A DNA stretch of 63,589 bases, filler included, from Octopus bimaculoides (GCF_001194135.2; 7 parts of 6 records of this genome joined end to end with filler, not necessarily neighbours in it); one strand, 5' to 3'. Counted from the first letter of the whole stretch, positions 1 to 12,407 are shown. Made by a program: numbers and translations. The notes: generated from the letters alone by a model not told the origin.

Positions 1-185
1 GGTGACACGTAAAAGCACCCACTACACTCTCTGAGGGGTTGGCGTTAGGAAGGGCATCCAGCTGTAGAAACTCTGCCAAATCAGACTGGAGCCTGGTGTT
101 GCCATCCGGTTTCACCAGTCCTCAGTCAAATCATCCAACCCATGCTAGCATGGAAAGCGGACGTTAAACGATGATGATGATGATG
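1..185 (+). mobile_element. Retroposon 3' part with (GAT)n tail, probably RTE-mobilised (family F)
   Basis: GGCGTTAGGAAGGGCATCCAGCTGTAGAAAC core ending in GATGATGAT; almost identical to 19436-19620. Confidence 0.8.
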
Positions 186-186
186 A

Positions 187-312
187 AATCCACTCACAAG
201 GCTTTGGTTGTCCCAAGGCCATAGAAGACACTTACCCAAGGTACCATGTAGTGGGACTGAACCTGGAACCATGTGGTTGGGAAGCAAGCTTCTTACCACA
301 CAGCCATGCCTG
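187..312 (-). mobile_element. tRNA-derived SINE, family C, 5' part
   Basis: Reverse complement reads GGCTGTGTGGTAAG...GGTTCAGTCCC (A/B-box-like head), then a CORE-like GGTACCTTGGGTAAGTG block. Confidence 0.7.
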
Positions 313-378
313 CTATTATGCCAGTCATTAGGTTATGCCATATCTCTGTATTACTTGGTTGACTATGGAAGTGACTAT

Positions 379-575
379 CTTAACCCTTTAGTATTCCAAC
401 TAGCCATATCTGGCCCAAATATTCTATCTGTGTTTTTGTTTAAACTGGCCATATCCAGCTTTTCACACCTACTCTATATTGTCATTCTAACTATAAACAA
501 TCCTATTATTGAAATCTCAAAGCTATGACATAATTCATGATTAATTCAAAACAATGTGAATAAATAAGAATGCCA
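379..575 (+). mobile_element. piggyBac-type MITE remnant
   Basis: Begins TTAACCCCTTTAG and aligns by eye along its length with 12408-12611. Confidence 0.5.
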
Positions 576-714
576 AAACAGAAGTCTGGCCAGCTTCTGT
601 CAAACTCTCTAATACATGCCAGCATGGAAGGTGGAGATTAAACAATGATGATGATGATGATGATGATGACGATGATATATTTGAAAGAGAGTAATCTGTA
701 TGCTAAATGATTAA

Positions 715-990
715 GCCCCACTTCACAGACATTTTCAGCATCTCTGCTACTCTTCCCAGTGGATCACCTGCTTCCCAAGTTTTTATATCATTAATGACTA
801 TTTCAACCATTTAACTGTCCAGTAGTTGATCTCTTTTGGATATGCTTGGGTAAGTTTCTTGAACTCATTCTTCACATTCAGCAACCTCTCATAATAACAT
901 TTTCCTAACATCAATAAGGTTAAGTGAGTCACTGTAGTTTTGAACACACTTCTCCTAAACAGCATCCTTATTCTCTCTGACTCTCTGCTT
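715..990 (-). pseudogene. RTE-clade LINE ORF2 fragment (linker/start of RT), frameshifted
   Basis: Translates to CYYERLLNVKNEF and VEIVINDIKTWEAGDPLGRVAEMLKMS, matching the RTE pattern YERLLNxEN...KxGKAxGPSGIxAEMLK. Confidence 0.65.
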
Positions 991-1113
991 TGCAATCTGA
1001 AACAATTCTTACCTCTAATTCACTCTCTTTCTTGCATTCTTTTAGCTTTTATGACTTTATCCATCTATCCCTATATAGTATTTTTCCATCACCATGTTGC
1101 CTTTTGTCTAACT

Positions 1114-1369
1114 CAGTAGTTCTCAATCACTTTTTGCCTATGGACTCCTTTGATCCCTATTTTACTCAACAGGACCCCATAGCTATTCGATGTTTAAAAA
1201 TGTCCTATAATATTTTTTCTAATTAAATATTATTTGGAATTGCATTAAAAAATTCTTAAAATATTTTTGTATACTGTAATAGTATAACCTATTTTTTGTA
1301 GATAAATTTTAACCACAAAATCTTATACAGACCCCCAAGGGTCATGTGAACCCAGGTTGAGAACCATTG
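1114..1369. mobile_element. hAT (Charlie-like) MITE
   Basis: Termini CAGTAGTTCTCAATC ... GGTTGAGAACCATTG resemble the CAGTGGTTCTCAACC TIR; no clean TSD seen. Confidence 0.6.
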
Positions 1370-2159
1370 CTATCTAGAACATTGTTCCTACCACATATCC
1401 GATCTTAAGTTTTCAGCAGGTCATCTAGGAAATGCACCTATTTGTTCTCTATGTCATACATCTTTATCTTCGCCTATTTCTTATCATATACACGCTGGCT
1501 CAGGAATGAAATTTGCTTAGGGGGTGCAAACCCAGGTACAACATTTTTACAAACATGGATTTATTGTTTTTTTTTTTATTTATTTTTGTTCTTTGAGAAG
1601 AAACCTAACTTCAAGCTACTTCTTACAGATCACATTTTACTCACTATTTGTTACACCTGAGAAAAGTAAGAAGGGGTGTAAATTTTAATTTTTCACCCCT
1701 AAAATACTTTAGGCAGTGCACTTGCACCCCCTGTTCCTCAGTCCATGCACATACATCACCTACAACCTTACTGGACCTGTTTGTTTAACTGAAGGATTTT
1801 TGAATTTCGATACCTTTCTTCCCCAGTTGGTTTTTATCTCTTAGGTTGCGTAGACCTTACTCATAGGCCACTAATCCCATTATATTCATAATCTTCTTTT
1901 ATAAAAAAAAAACAGTTACAACTTATAATGTATATATTCAGAAAATTATGTTGGAGACGATGTGTGTGGAGCATTATATTTGTCATGTCATACAGCATTT
2001 ATTCAAATACAGTTGTATTCACATGAGATCCTTTACATTCAGAAGTCTTATTCAAATGAAGAACCAAGCTGTTACATCAAACTAGTAGCTATCATAAATA
2101 AATTCAGTCATGTGAAAACACACAAAATGCATGCAATAATATTACCATAACAATGACAT

Positions 2160-2484
2160 GACATCTCCTGGAAACGAATTGGTTTAATTCCTTTCGTGAT
2201 TCAAGAACTACATCTAACACTATTATGTTTGTTTCTGTATCAGTTATCAAATCAAAATTTTTATTAATAGAGTCTGGAATGTCATTCAAATCTTAAGGAA
2301 CTGATATTTTGTTCAATATCAATATTTGTGTCATTGTTTATTTGATCAGTATTAGATATTATACCCTGTTCACCTTTAAGAGTCACAACGGTATTATTTC
2401 CTGCTTGAAATATAAATTTAACTTTTTGTAGTTTGCAATTTCTTCTGCATTGATACCAAACAGGAGCTTTGGTTTCATAGGACA

Positions 2485-2539
<55 letters not shown>

Positions 2540-2960
2540 CATTATTATTATTGGTGATTTTATTTTTTTGTCTGTCAAAGCAGATAGGCTAAGAAGTCTT
2601 CCTAAGTAAGGCATTTTTGAAATACTCAATAGCATGTGATCCAAATATGCATTAATGGAACCATTATTTGGTGGATATATTTCAAACTCTTTTTAACACT
2701 TGTAGCTATTCTCTCAGAAATTTGATTTGATTCTGACTGATATGAAGGAATTTTGTAAGTTTAGATCCAAATTTATCAAGCCATGCACACCAGATATTTT
2801 TACAAATTCAGAGGCAGTGTCAGATGCTATTGTTTCTGGAACACCAATTTTTGGCAATCACAATTCTTAATACCATTTAATGTTTCTGTTTCTTTATTCC
2901 TGACTTTTATCACTTCTGGCCATCCAGAAGTCCACTATTCTTGACATAAGCATGATCCAT
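2160..2960 (-). pseudogene. Gypsy LTR retrotransposon integrase remnant
   Basis: Minus-strand pieces SGWPEVIKV, GVPETIASDTASEF and YQSESNQISERIATSVKKSLK correspond to rve motifs KWPEV, GxPExIVSDNG and YHPQSNGxAER; interrupted by (ATT)n at about 2488-2550. Confidence 0.8.
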
Positions 2961-3059
2961 ATACACATGTATCCATACTTATTTTCTTTAGGCCGTGTAT
3001 GTACTGTGTGAGATTAATTTCGGTTTTATTCTAGTACATGTCAGGCATGTTCTTACATA

Positions 3060-3427
3060 TGAGGTGAGTGCTGAAAGCTTCCTGGATTTGGATAAAAGAA
3101 AATACAGGAGGATCAGTTAATTATGATTTTATTCAGCATATTCACCTCTCGGATTCACACACTTATTGCAGCAGCCCTTCAGTTTTTCTAAGCCCCATAA
3201 AAGAACTCTGAAGTTTCGACCTCTAGCCAGTTAAGACCTGGGGTCGATGTAATCAACTTACTCCTTCCTCCAAAATTTCAGGACTTGTACCTATAGTAGA
3301 AAAGATTCACAGACATATTGCAGTAGTCCTTCAGTTTTTCAAAACCCTGTAAAAGAACTCAAAAGTTAGGCCTGCAGCCAGGCCTTTCTTGACACCCTTA
3401 AGACCAAGAACTTTTCAGTACCACCCG
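3060..3427. mobile_element. mariner-type MITE containing a SINE A 3' fragment and an internal duplication
   Basis: TA-flanked TIR-like ends TGAGGTGAGTGCTGAAAGCTTCC / GAACTTTTCAGTACCACCCG; homologous to 4069-4285. Confidence 0.65.
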
Positions 3428-3584
3428 TATATATATACATATATATATACAAAGTATGGGGTTTTGTTTACAAGTGATCTAAATGACTAGGTATGCTAGG
3501 TAAGTGCTGTAATGGATCACTAGGGCTCCAAGGTTATAGCCAAGACAGTAGTTATGGAGCCATTGTAGATTTCCGATGCAGTGG

Positions 3585-3880
3585 ATATATAACTGTTAAA
3601 GAGGACAACAAACATTAAGGAAGGCAAATATCTCAAGTTGTATACAATATTATTATTGAAAAAAAAAATTCAAAGTCTTATACCTGTTTCTGGGATATCC
3701 CTGAGTATGGGGTATTCCGTCATCAGAGACAAATAGGGAAAATGAGAATGGTATATATTAATAAGATGATGACAGAAACAGCTGTAAGACTTTGAATTTT
3801 TTTTCCACTAATAATATTGTATACAACTTGAGATGTTTGCCTTGCCTTAACATTTGTTTTCCTCTTTAACAATTATATAT
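3585..3880. mobile_element. Foldback-like MITE with about 105-bp inverted arms
   Basis: 3585-3692 is the near-perfect reverse complement of 3773-3880, with an ~80-bp spacer and TA-rich ends. Confidence 0.8.
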
Positions 3881-4068
3881 ATATATGTATAGTAAAATAA
3901 GAATTCAGATAGAATTAGGTACTTGAAAAGATATGTACCAGGTAGGGTTGGATAAACCTGTGGTTCCAGCCTGTGGTTCCAGCTTGCGGTTGGTAAGTAT
4001 TATCCATCGTCTGTTATTCATTTGTATGTATCTATATATGTGTGTGTGTGTGTGTGTATACATACACA

Positions 4069-4285
4069 TGAGAGGATGCTGAAAGGTTCCTGGCTTTGGG
4101 TAAAAGAAAATACAGGAGGATCAGTTAATTATGATTTTATCCAACATATTCCCCTCTCACATTCACACACTTATTGCAGCAGTCCTTCAGTTTTTCTAAG
4201 CTCTGTAAAAGAACTCAAAAGTTTGGGTCTATAGCCTGCCCCTTCTCGATACCCTTAAAGCCAGGAATTTTTCAGCATCCCTTCA
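4069..4285. mobile_element. mariner-type MITE
   Basis: ~28-bp TIRs GAGAGGATGCTGAAAGGTTCCTGGCTTT / AAAGCCAGGAATTTTTCAGCATCCCTTC, followed by TA. Confidence 0.75.
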
Positions 4286-4299
4286 TATTATTCCACAGT

Positions 4300-4745
4300 T
4301 TCACTGAAACCTGACCATCATGTTTCAAATTGTGACTGATTTTTGAGGTATAATGTAAATCAACAACTGTCTTTACCAACTTTATCATTAATATTCTGAA
4401 ACAGATTGATACAGCATTTACTTTTTCACCTATAAAAGATACCATCTTCAGCTGTTAACTTATCTTTAATAACTTAAAGGATATTTAAGCAAAACAATAA
4501 TTGCTTCAATTATTATTAAAAATCCTTTTTAATGAACCAAATAAAATATTTTCTTTGGCAGTTTCCAACACTATATTCTCACATTTGATAATATCAGTTT
4601 CCACAAGATTGATGAAGAAATCAGTATTATCATTCCATCACCACAATATTCATTGAAATCAACATTATCAATAAATTCCAATTGTGATACAGCATCAACA
4701 TGTAATATTTAAGATCCCTTTACATATAATATTTCATAATGAAGT
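4300..4745 (-). pseudogene. Gypsy RNase H end and RNase H-integrase linker remnant
   Basis: YEILYVKGS*ILHVDAVSQLEF matches the RNase H terminal motif YxIxYxKGxxIPHxDALSRL; followed by LVETDII...ETAKENILFGSLKRI. Confidence 0.7.
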
Positions 4746-4834
4746 GCTATCATTTCTAAAGTATATCATAAAATACATGCATTTGTTACTTTTAGTAAAC
4801 CTCAGTTGTTATCTGAAATAAATCTTAATTGTCT

Positions 4835-5190
4835 CTCATCATCATTATCATCATTATTTAATGTTTGTTTTCCATGATGGCATGGGTTTGAGGGTTTGAC
4901 CAGAGCTGGTAAGTCAGAGAGTTGCACCAGGCTCCAGCCATCCATTTTGGTGTGGTTTCTACAACTGAATGCCCTTCCTAACACCAACTACTTTATAGAG
5001 TACACTGGATATCTCTCAAGTGTCACTGGTATGGGTGCCTTTTTACATGTCACCGGTATGGGCACCTCTTACGCGCCACCAGCTTGGGTGCCTTTTATGT
5101 GTCACCAGTACAGGGGCCTTTTACGTGTCAGTGGCAAGGATGCCTGTGTTATTCACCAAGCAGAAAGTTATGTGCCTTTTAACCCACACA
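4835..5190 (-). mobile_element. Family F retroposon with an internal ~27-bp minisatellite
   Basis: Contains GAATGCCCTTCCTAACACCAAC (reverse of the family F core) and an (ATC)n tail at left; 4-5 degenerate GTGCCTTTTACGTGTCACCGG units at about 5020-5135. Confidence 0.7.
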
Positions 5191-5287
5191 GTATTGATTA
5201 AATTTTTGCTGGTGATGTAACATGCTACTAATATGTAAATCACTTCTCACTTTCTATTGTTGAGAAAAATAGAATGTGTGTAATATG

Positions 5288-5946
5288 CAGTAGTGTAGCT
5301 AGGGTAAATTGCACCTGGGGCAAGCCATAGAAAATGCACCCCCACCACCAATTACAAAATCCACGATATTATATAGTACTTATTTGTTACAAATAATTAC
5401 TGTTTTAAAGCAATATTTTAGGGCAGCGAGCTGGCAGAATCACTAGCACACCAGGTGAAATGCTTAGCGGTATGTTGTCTGCCGTTAAGTTCTGAGTTCA
5501 AATTCTGCTGAGGTTGACTTTGACTTTCATCCTTTCGGGGTCAATTATATATGTACCAGTTATGCACTGGCATCGATGTAATCAACTTAATCCTGTTGTC
5601 TGTCCTTGTTTGTCCCCTCTATGTTTAGCCCCCTGTGGGCAATAAAAAAATGAATATTTTAGGAATAAATACTTTACCAGGGTTCATTTACCTGCCGATT
5701 CAATACAGCCTTCAGTTCAAAATAAATTTTTTGAATTTCTACTTTTACGAAACCTTATTTTAACCGTTTAATGCACCAGCTTCCCTGACTAAAACATTAA
5801 AAAACTTAACGTGCGAAATGAGATGTAATAAAAAAAAAACTACAATTGTTTCAAATCTCATCTTTCTTGCTTTTGATGAGGCACCCCCACTTCAATCAGT
5901 GCCTGGGGCACGTGTCCCCATCCCCCCACCGCCAGTTATGCTACTG
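5288..5946. mobile_element. hAT non-autonomous element with perfect 8-bp TSD, carrying a nested SINE A
   Basis: TIR CAGTAGTGTAGCT / AGTTATGCTACTG; identical GTAATATG at 5280-5287 and 5947-5954. Confidence 0.85.
5423..5652 (+). mobile_element. tRNA-derived SINE, family A
   Basis: GCAGCGAGCTGGCAGAATC head, GAGTTCAAATTC B box; 11-bp TSD AATATTTTAGG at 5412-5422 and 5653-5663. Confidence 0.9.
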
Positions 5947-6007
5947 GTAATATGTCTTATAATAAAGGTTCATATCCTAGTGGGTGTTGCACTCCCAATC
6001 ATACGAT

Positions 6008-6205
6008 TCTAGTTTCAATTCACAGACTGAGTGCTGTGTTATATTCTTGAGCAAAATACTTCAATTCACGTTGCTCCAGTCCATTCAGCTGTAAATGAGT
6101 AGTTCTGCGATGGACTGGGATCCTATTAATGAGGAATGTCATGATCTCAGTTACTTACAACACCAAGGAAACTAAGTAACAGGCCCAATGAATCTGAGGG
6201 CTTAA
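6008..6205 (+). mobile_element. SINE family B variant (CORE-like plus V-like modules), degenerate
   Basis: TTGAGCAAAATACTTCAATTCACGTTGCTCCAGTCC followed by CTGCGATGGACTGG; homologous to 12131-12387. Confidence 0.6.
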
Positions 6206-6480
6206 GACAGTTCTTATCTTTTACTATACCATATGAAATGTTGAGAGTTACAGCTATCATTAATGCTTTTGACAAACATAACACAAGATAACTATCGTGT
6301 GAAAGTATCCCTCACATGGTCTTTTCCCCAGTATCATTTAACACATTAGCATTTGGATTACCCTGTCAAATGAGATGCTTATCTATTCACAATCAAAATT
6401 AAGTTTACTCAGTTCCTGTGTCACAAGCACACATGCACAGAACCGAACATACTCAGTCCCTGTGAAGTAAGACGATACAT

Positions 6481-7550
6481 CTTGCCAAAGCTTCCCTTTC
6501 AATATTTGAGTATTTTAGGTTGTGAGCTGGCAGAATTGTTAGCATGCTGGACGAAATGCTGCTAAGCATTTCATCCAGGTAGAATACTTAGGCCACGTAT
6601 AGCCAGTTTAAATGCCATAGGGTTAAGATAAGTTTTTTTTCACATCATCATAAATCTGGATCACTGGCTTCTATTGCTGGACTGTCTGTGAAATCAGAAT
6701 ATGACATTTACAGTATTACAAGTGGTGATATGCTAACTGAATAATGATCAATAAATCTTCATTAGAAATTAACAAGCTTGAGGAACAATTCTAATTGCTT
6801 ATTGTTATTTGGCAGTATCATTCAAAATACTTACTATTAAATAATGATCTGGTGATAGCCTTATCTTTGTCAGTCTATATGTAAGGCAAAAAGAGAAAAA
6901 AAAAAAAGATAAATCATCAGTTTCTAATATCTAGCTCTATTGATCACCGAAGCATGATTAATCCAGCTGTTTTATGAACTTGTCTATATTGATATGGAGA
7001 TTTTCAGCAGTTTTAGCAAATATATACATGCATACAAATACATGCACATATGCATGCATGTGTATGCATGCACACACATGCGTACATGTGTGCACACACA
7101 CACACACATGCATGCACACACACACACACAGATAGATAGATAGATAGATAGATAGATGCATGCATGTATGTATGTATGTATATATGTATGTATGTCTTTT
7201 TGATAAACAATAACCAAATCAATTCAATTTCCAGCAATTTCAGTTGTTCTCTGAAACATGGAAGGAAGGTATATCCTTCTAAGAAAACATGTTGGTACAT
7301 TTATCATAGTAATATCTCTTGCTTCATAACACATTTCTACCTGATAATGCACCTCCTTTAAGCCTTTAAATCTAATCTTGCAAAATAATTTATGCCAGAA
7401 AGGAAACAAAGTAATCGATTCAGTATTTGGAGTTGGATAAGAGAGACCTTCTTCTGCCTTTTGCACAACCACAACAAATAAGATCCATTCACTTTCTCTG
7501 AGAGAACTTTTTAAAAGATCTTCATAAATTGGTTTCTTCAGCTTTGTCAC
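6481..7550 (-). pseudogene. Gypsy reverse transcriptase to RNase H remnant
   Basis: SEWILFVVVVQKAE, YPTPNTESI, YQVEMCYEARDITMIN, PSMFQRTTE, VIVYQKDI (decayed YxDD), then YIFAKTAENL after a microsatellite; KYSNIEREALA near 6480-6510. Confidence 0.8.
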
Positions 7551-8600
7551 TAATATATATTTTTTAACAAGCTCACTGACTAATCACAACACCAGTGCCT
7601 GTTCTGGCATTATCTTTCTATATATGTTGCTGGTGAGGAGCTGAGTCACTGCTATTTCTAGTAGTCAAGCATCCATCATTGACATGAGCAAGGAAGTACA
7701 AATCTGGTGGCCTTGGTGCTGGAGATGGTGGCATTTATATTTCTGCTAGAGATATAAACAAGATTGCATTTTGCATCAAAAACCAATGTGAGAGTTTCAC
7801 TCATGGTAACTACAGCAGTATAGTGTGTTCCAACAGAACATCCATGTTTAAGTGGGGATCCATATTATCTCTTGGTATGAATACTGCCTCTGTTGCTCAT
7901 AGATATATTTTAACAAACTCACTGGCTAATTGCGACACAAGCACCTGTTCTGACACTGTTTTTCTATAAATTGCCAGTAAAGACATGAGTCACTGCTATC
8001 TCTAGCAACAGAGCATCCATCATTGATGAAAACAAAGAAGGTTGAAATCATATGATCCGGTGGTCTCAGAGCTGGAAATGATGAGGATTTATCTCCCCAC
8101 AAGCAATATAAATAAGAGTGAATCTCACACCAAAAGCCAATATTAGAGTTTCTCTCATGGTATCTACTGAGTATAGTTTGTTTTAACAGAACAACCATGT
8201 CTAAGTGAGGATAAATATTATCGCTCGGTATTAATACTGCCTCAGTCACTAATATATTTTTTAAACAAGTTCACTGGTTAATCGCAACACCAGTGCCTGT
8301 TCTGTCACTGTTTTCCGGTATATTGCTGGTAGGAAGATGAGTCACTGCTATCTCTAGCAGTTGAGGACCCATCATTGACAAAACCAAGGAAGGTCAAAAT
8401 CATGTGATCTGGTGGTCTTGCTGCTGGAGATGGCAGAGATAAATTTCCCCTCAAGGGATATAAATAAGAGTGCATTTTGCACCGAAAGCCGATTTGAGAT
8501 TTTCTCTCATGATAATTACGCAGTATAGTGTGGATGTTCTAACAGAATGTGGATGTTCTAAGAGAACATCAATGTTTAAGTGGGAATAGATATTACTGTT
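7548..8600. repeat. Three diverged tandem copies of a ~350-bp unit
   Basis: Units start at about 7548, 7898 and 8247 with AATATATTTT(T)AACAAG(C/T)TCACTG; collinear motifs GAGTCACTGCTAT(T/C)TCTAG and CAGTATAG recur in each. Confidence 0.85.
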
Positions 8601-8869
8601 GATATATAAAGGTTTAATGTGAAACAGCAATGGTCTTGCTTCATAATAACATGGAATAATACATACACATTCTTTGAGAAGAATGTTACCCATAAAGCCT
8701 CTTAATCTTCCAAATTGGGCAGGAACTTCAATTTCATGAATTTTATGTCAATCATATCCATGCCAAGTGAACCATTTTCTTTTATTTTTCTACATTCACC
8801 CATAATAACATCCTGCATAGAATTTTCCCAGATTTTCTAGGATTTATCCACCAAATAATTTTCATTTGA

Positions 8870-9240
8870 AATCACACTTCCTTAATTTTGATTTATTCAA
8901 TTCCTTCAGAAATAATGAAGTATTTACTGTTAGTGTTAATTTGCATTTTAAAGTTAGCATCAGTGAGTTTTTTACATTCATTATTGTGTTGTGAATTTTT
9001 GGCCAATTTCATCAACACTTGCAGATTCTTCCACAACACTGCCCACCCACCCCACCATTTTTTTTTTATTATAGATTTACATACTGCCCTAAAGTGATTC
9101 ATTTTTTCCACTCTTAATACAAGTTTTACCAAATACCAGATATTTTGATGGAGTATACTTATATCCACTGGAGTGGCACTTATCAAATTTATGCTTTTTC
9201 TATCAACATGAAACAGTGATATTATGATGATCATTCTTAC
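8870..9240 (-). pseudogene. Gypsy gag zinc knuckle and protease remnant
   Basis: FGKTCIKSGKMNHFRAVCKS (CCHC with one C lost), then NFKMQINTNSKYFIISE (decayed xIDTGS protease motif). Confidence 0.6.
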
Positions 9241-9559
9241 TTTCTATTTTCTTTCCTTTGTTTGACATGGCATTTTTTCTTTTTTAAAGTAGAAAGCATT
9301 CATTTCAATGCATTGATGCTTTAGGCTCATGCTTTCTGGACATGATTCATACATATATATACATTCATACATACACACATACATACATACATACATACAA
9401 ATATATACATAAAAACGCATCCATAAAACAAACATACAAATCTGCGCATAAATACATATGCATACGCCTAGACATGAAAATATATACATAAAAACGCATC
9501 CATAAAACAAACATACAATTCTGCGCATACACTAACACCAAATACTGCACACACACACA

Positions 9560-9690
9560 TATGCACAAATACCTAGATGATGTTGATAAAAGTTCCAATG
9601 AAGGAGCCTTGAATCTATGTTAGAGTCTGGCTCTTTCTCTATTGACAAGAAATACAGAAATGAAACTGATTGATAACATACATACATACA
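9560..9690 (+). mobile_element. R4/Dong-like LINE 3' UTR, 5'-truncated, (TACA)n tail
   Basis: CCAATGAAGGAGCCTTG...CTCTTTCTCTATTGACAAGAAAT...ACATACATACATAC; same motif follows the ORF2 end at 56470-56815. Confidence 0.7.
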
Positions 9691-9917
9691 TACATATGTG
9701 TGAGATTCTTATGTGAATATCTGCACACGTTTGGGTGTATGCATCGATAGTTCAACCAACACACCAACTCAACTACATATTCACAAACACCAGGAAATCT
9801 CTTGACTCAAAAAGTCCTGTTGCTTTGTTAGCAACTCTCTCAAGAAGAACTTGAATTAAACTCAAAGAAAAATCATACTTATATTGCATCAGCATCATGA
9901 TGATATATATATGTATG

Positions 9918-9951
<34 letters not shown>

Positions 9952-10029
9952 TGTACATATGTTTATATGTATGCATGCATGCATGTATGTATACATGTAT
10001 ACATGTATATATAAATGAATCAATGATTT

Positions 10030-10685
10030 CTTCTGTTTTTAATAAATTAAAATCTACCTCTGAAGAAGGACCTGGTTTCTAACAAAGATATGAAGCTCCA
10101 TCATTGAAATGTAGATAACGTAAACAATGTCACATTTTAAACTTGAGAAAAGTCTTCCATATTTTTGCTGTTCCACTTACAGATTGTTTTTGTAATGCGT
10201 GAGTTAATTGGTTGGCTTTGGTTGATTTCTTTTTCTAAAAACCTTAGGCCTTTACTTACAAACCCAAGTACACCATTTATTATTGGTATAAATGTGAAAT
10301 TATAATCTGAATATAGAAACGGGAGTTTTCAAAGCAGCTGACCATAATTATCTTCTTTCTCTTTGATTTTCAAAGAGATATTCACATCAGCAGAACAACT
10401 GACCTCCATGGCGACACATACCTTTTCTCGTCTGTCCCAAACAACAATATCCAGCCTATTATGTCTACATGTAGCAGATATTTTGATAGGAATGTTCCAC
10501 CAGCATTCTTTGTGTTGATGTTTGTGTATGTATTCAATAACAAGAGGATTCTCTATATTTTCTCCAGGATGTAAGGGCATTGTATACTGCTTTTGCAACA
10601 GTGTAATGTTGCTGAGAGAGGTGGTACCTTTATGACATTTTTGAGCAGCTGCTAATCACAAGTATGATGCTTTTTGACATAATCT
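10030..10685 (-). pseudogene. R4/Dong-like LINE 3' end encoding the RLE domain
   Basis: CWWNIPIK...HNRLDIVVWDRREKVCVAMEVSCSADVNISLKIKEKEDNYGQLL (decayed PD..D/ExK RLE); preceded by the end of a CCHC region; ORF ends SGTAKIWKTFLKFKM*, then a 3' UTR. Confidence 0.85.
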
Positions 10686-10689
10686 ACGT

Positions 10690-10800
10690 GTATGTATGTC
10701 ATTATTCAGTTTTATTTCAAGATTTCTAGCCAATAGAGAAAGAGTTGGTTTCTAACCTAGATCCAAGGCTCCTTCATTGGAATTTCAACAACAGGGTATT
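10690..10800 (-). mobile_element. R4/Dong-like LINE 3' UTR, head-to-tail with the previous copy
   Basis: Reverse strand CCAATGAAGGAGCCTTGGATCTAGGTTAGAAACC...AATAAAACTGAATAATGACATACATA; CATA repeats on both sides. Confidence 0.75.
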
Positions 10801-12130
10801 TTGTATGCATGTATGTATATGTGCAGATTTGTATATTTTATTTTATGTATGTCTTCTTATGCATATATTTGCACTTCTAGACGTGCTCATATATACATAA
10901 ATGATAAACTTTTGGAAAATTTCACAGATTCTTACAATTCCAATAATGTATGCATTTATGTATATATGTACGTATACATATAAATATGTATGTATGCATG
11001 TATGTATGTATGTGCGTACGTATGTAGAGTTGGATGGATGCATGCATGTATTCAACAGACATGAAATGAACATAGCAGCATTTGGTTTGATGGAGATTTG
11101 GCTGTCATTTTTAGCAGGGTGAATAACCACATAGATGTTCCCTCTATGGCTCATCACTTTTTAAATTCCAAGCTATCTCAATTCTTCTTAATATTTCTTT
11201 AGTCTTCTAGTTTCTGTTTTTGTTTTACTTTCTGTGATGACTTCTTTGAAAACACCAAGTCTGTTCTTAGTTTTTTTTAAATTTTTGTTTCATTTTTGTC
11301 TGTTTATACTTTCCTAATCTTGCTTTAATGATTTCATAATTTTCTAATTATAGTTATTTTTCTCTTTCCACCCAACTTTCTCTTTTTCTAATTCCGTTTT
11401 TTTTTTTTTTTGGCTAAGCCAAAAATAACTCTTCTCTATCATTTTCTATTTTTTATTCATTTTATTTATTTATTTATTTATTCATTTATTTATTTATTTA
11501 TTTATTTTTTGTAGTTTACCAAATTACATTGTTTTGTCTTCCTAGTCACTTGATTTCATTTTTTGATTATCATAAAATTATAACTTAATCCAGAGGAGAT
11601 CTAAAGTGGTAATGTCTACAGAGTTTATTTCGGGTTATCTTTTCTTTCTTTTTTATGCTCCCCAAAGGTGGATATAAAAATCACAATTGATTTATTTGAT
11701 TTCCTTTGATTTTTTTTTTGATTTTTTTGGTAGTTTTTGTTTGTTTCACTTTTATAATTTTTGTTTTTATTTAGTGTCTACTTTTATGGACATCAGCTTC
11801 TAGAATAGAAAGAATAAACATAAAATTACTTCTGTACAGTAAGTTACTGTTGAGTGATGTTAGTGTTATAATTGTTGTTGTTTTTGTCCTTGTACAACTC
11901 AGGTCAAATCCTGATTGAGTAGACCTGTCATTAAAGACATTCCAAACAATGACCATCACATTTTTCATTTCTTTTTGTTTTAAGACAATGTCTAGGACAC
12001 TACTACCCAATACATCTTTCAATTTCTTTTATAATGGTAAAGTGTGATTTGATGGGTCTCTGTTGGTATGTTCAGTAAGTTTTGTTGTTTTTGTTCTTGT
12101 ACAGCTCAGATCAAATCCTAATTGAGTAGA

Positions 12131-12387
12131 AAAATTAAAGTGCCCTTTTAAAGCCTAACCAGGCTCATGAGCCCGGTTTCCCGGTTTCAATGGCATACAT
12201 GTTCCCCAGCTGGATGGGACGCCAGTCCATCGCAGCACTACTCATTTTTGCCAGCTGCGTGGACTGGAGCAATGTGAAATGACCTGTTTTGCTCAAGAAA
12301 ACAACGCGTCGCATGGTGCAGGAATCGAAACCACAATCTTACGATCATGATGCTGACACCCTAACCACTAAGCCACGCACCTCCACC
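12131..12387 (-). mobile_element. tRNA-derived SINE, family B (CORE-like plus V-like variant) with 14-bp TSD
   Basis: Head GGAGGTGCGTGGCTTAGTGGTTAG...GTTTCGATTCC; CCTAATTGAGTAGA at 12117-12130 and 12386-12399. Confidence 0.85.
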
Positions 12388-12407
12388 TAATTGAGTAGAG
12401 TTGTCAT

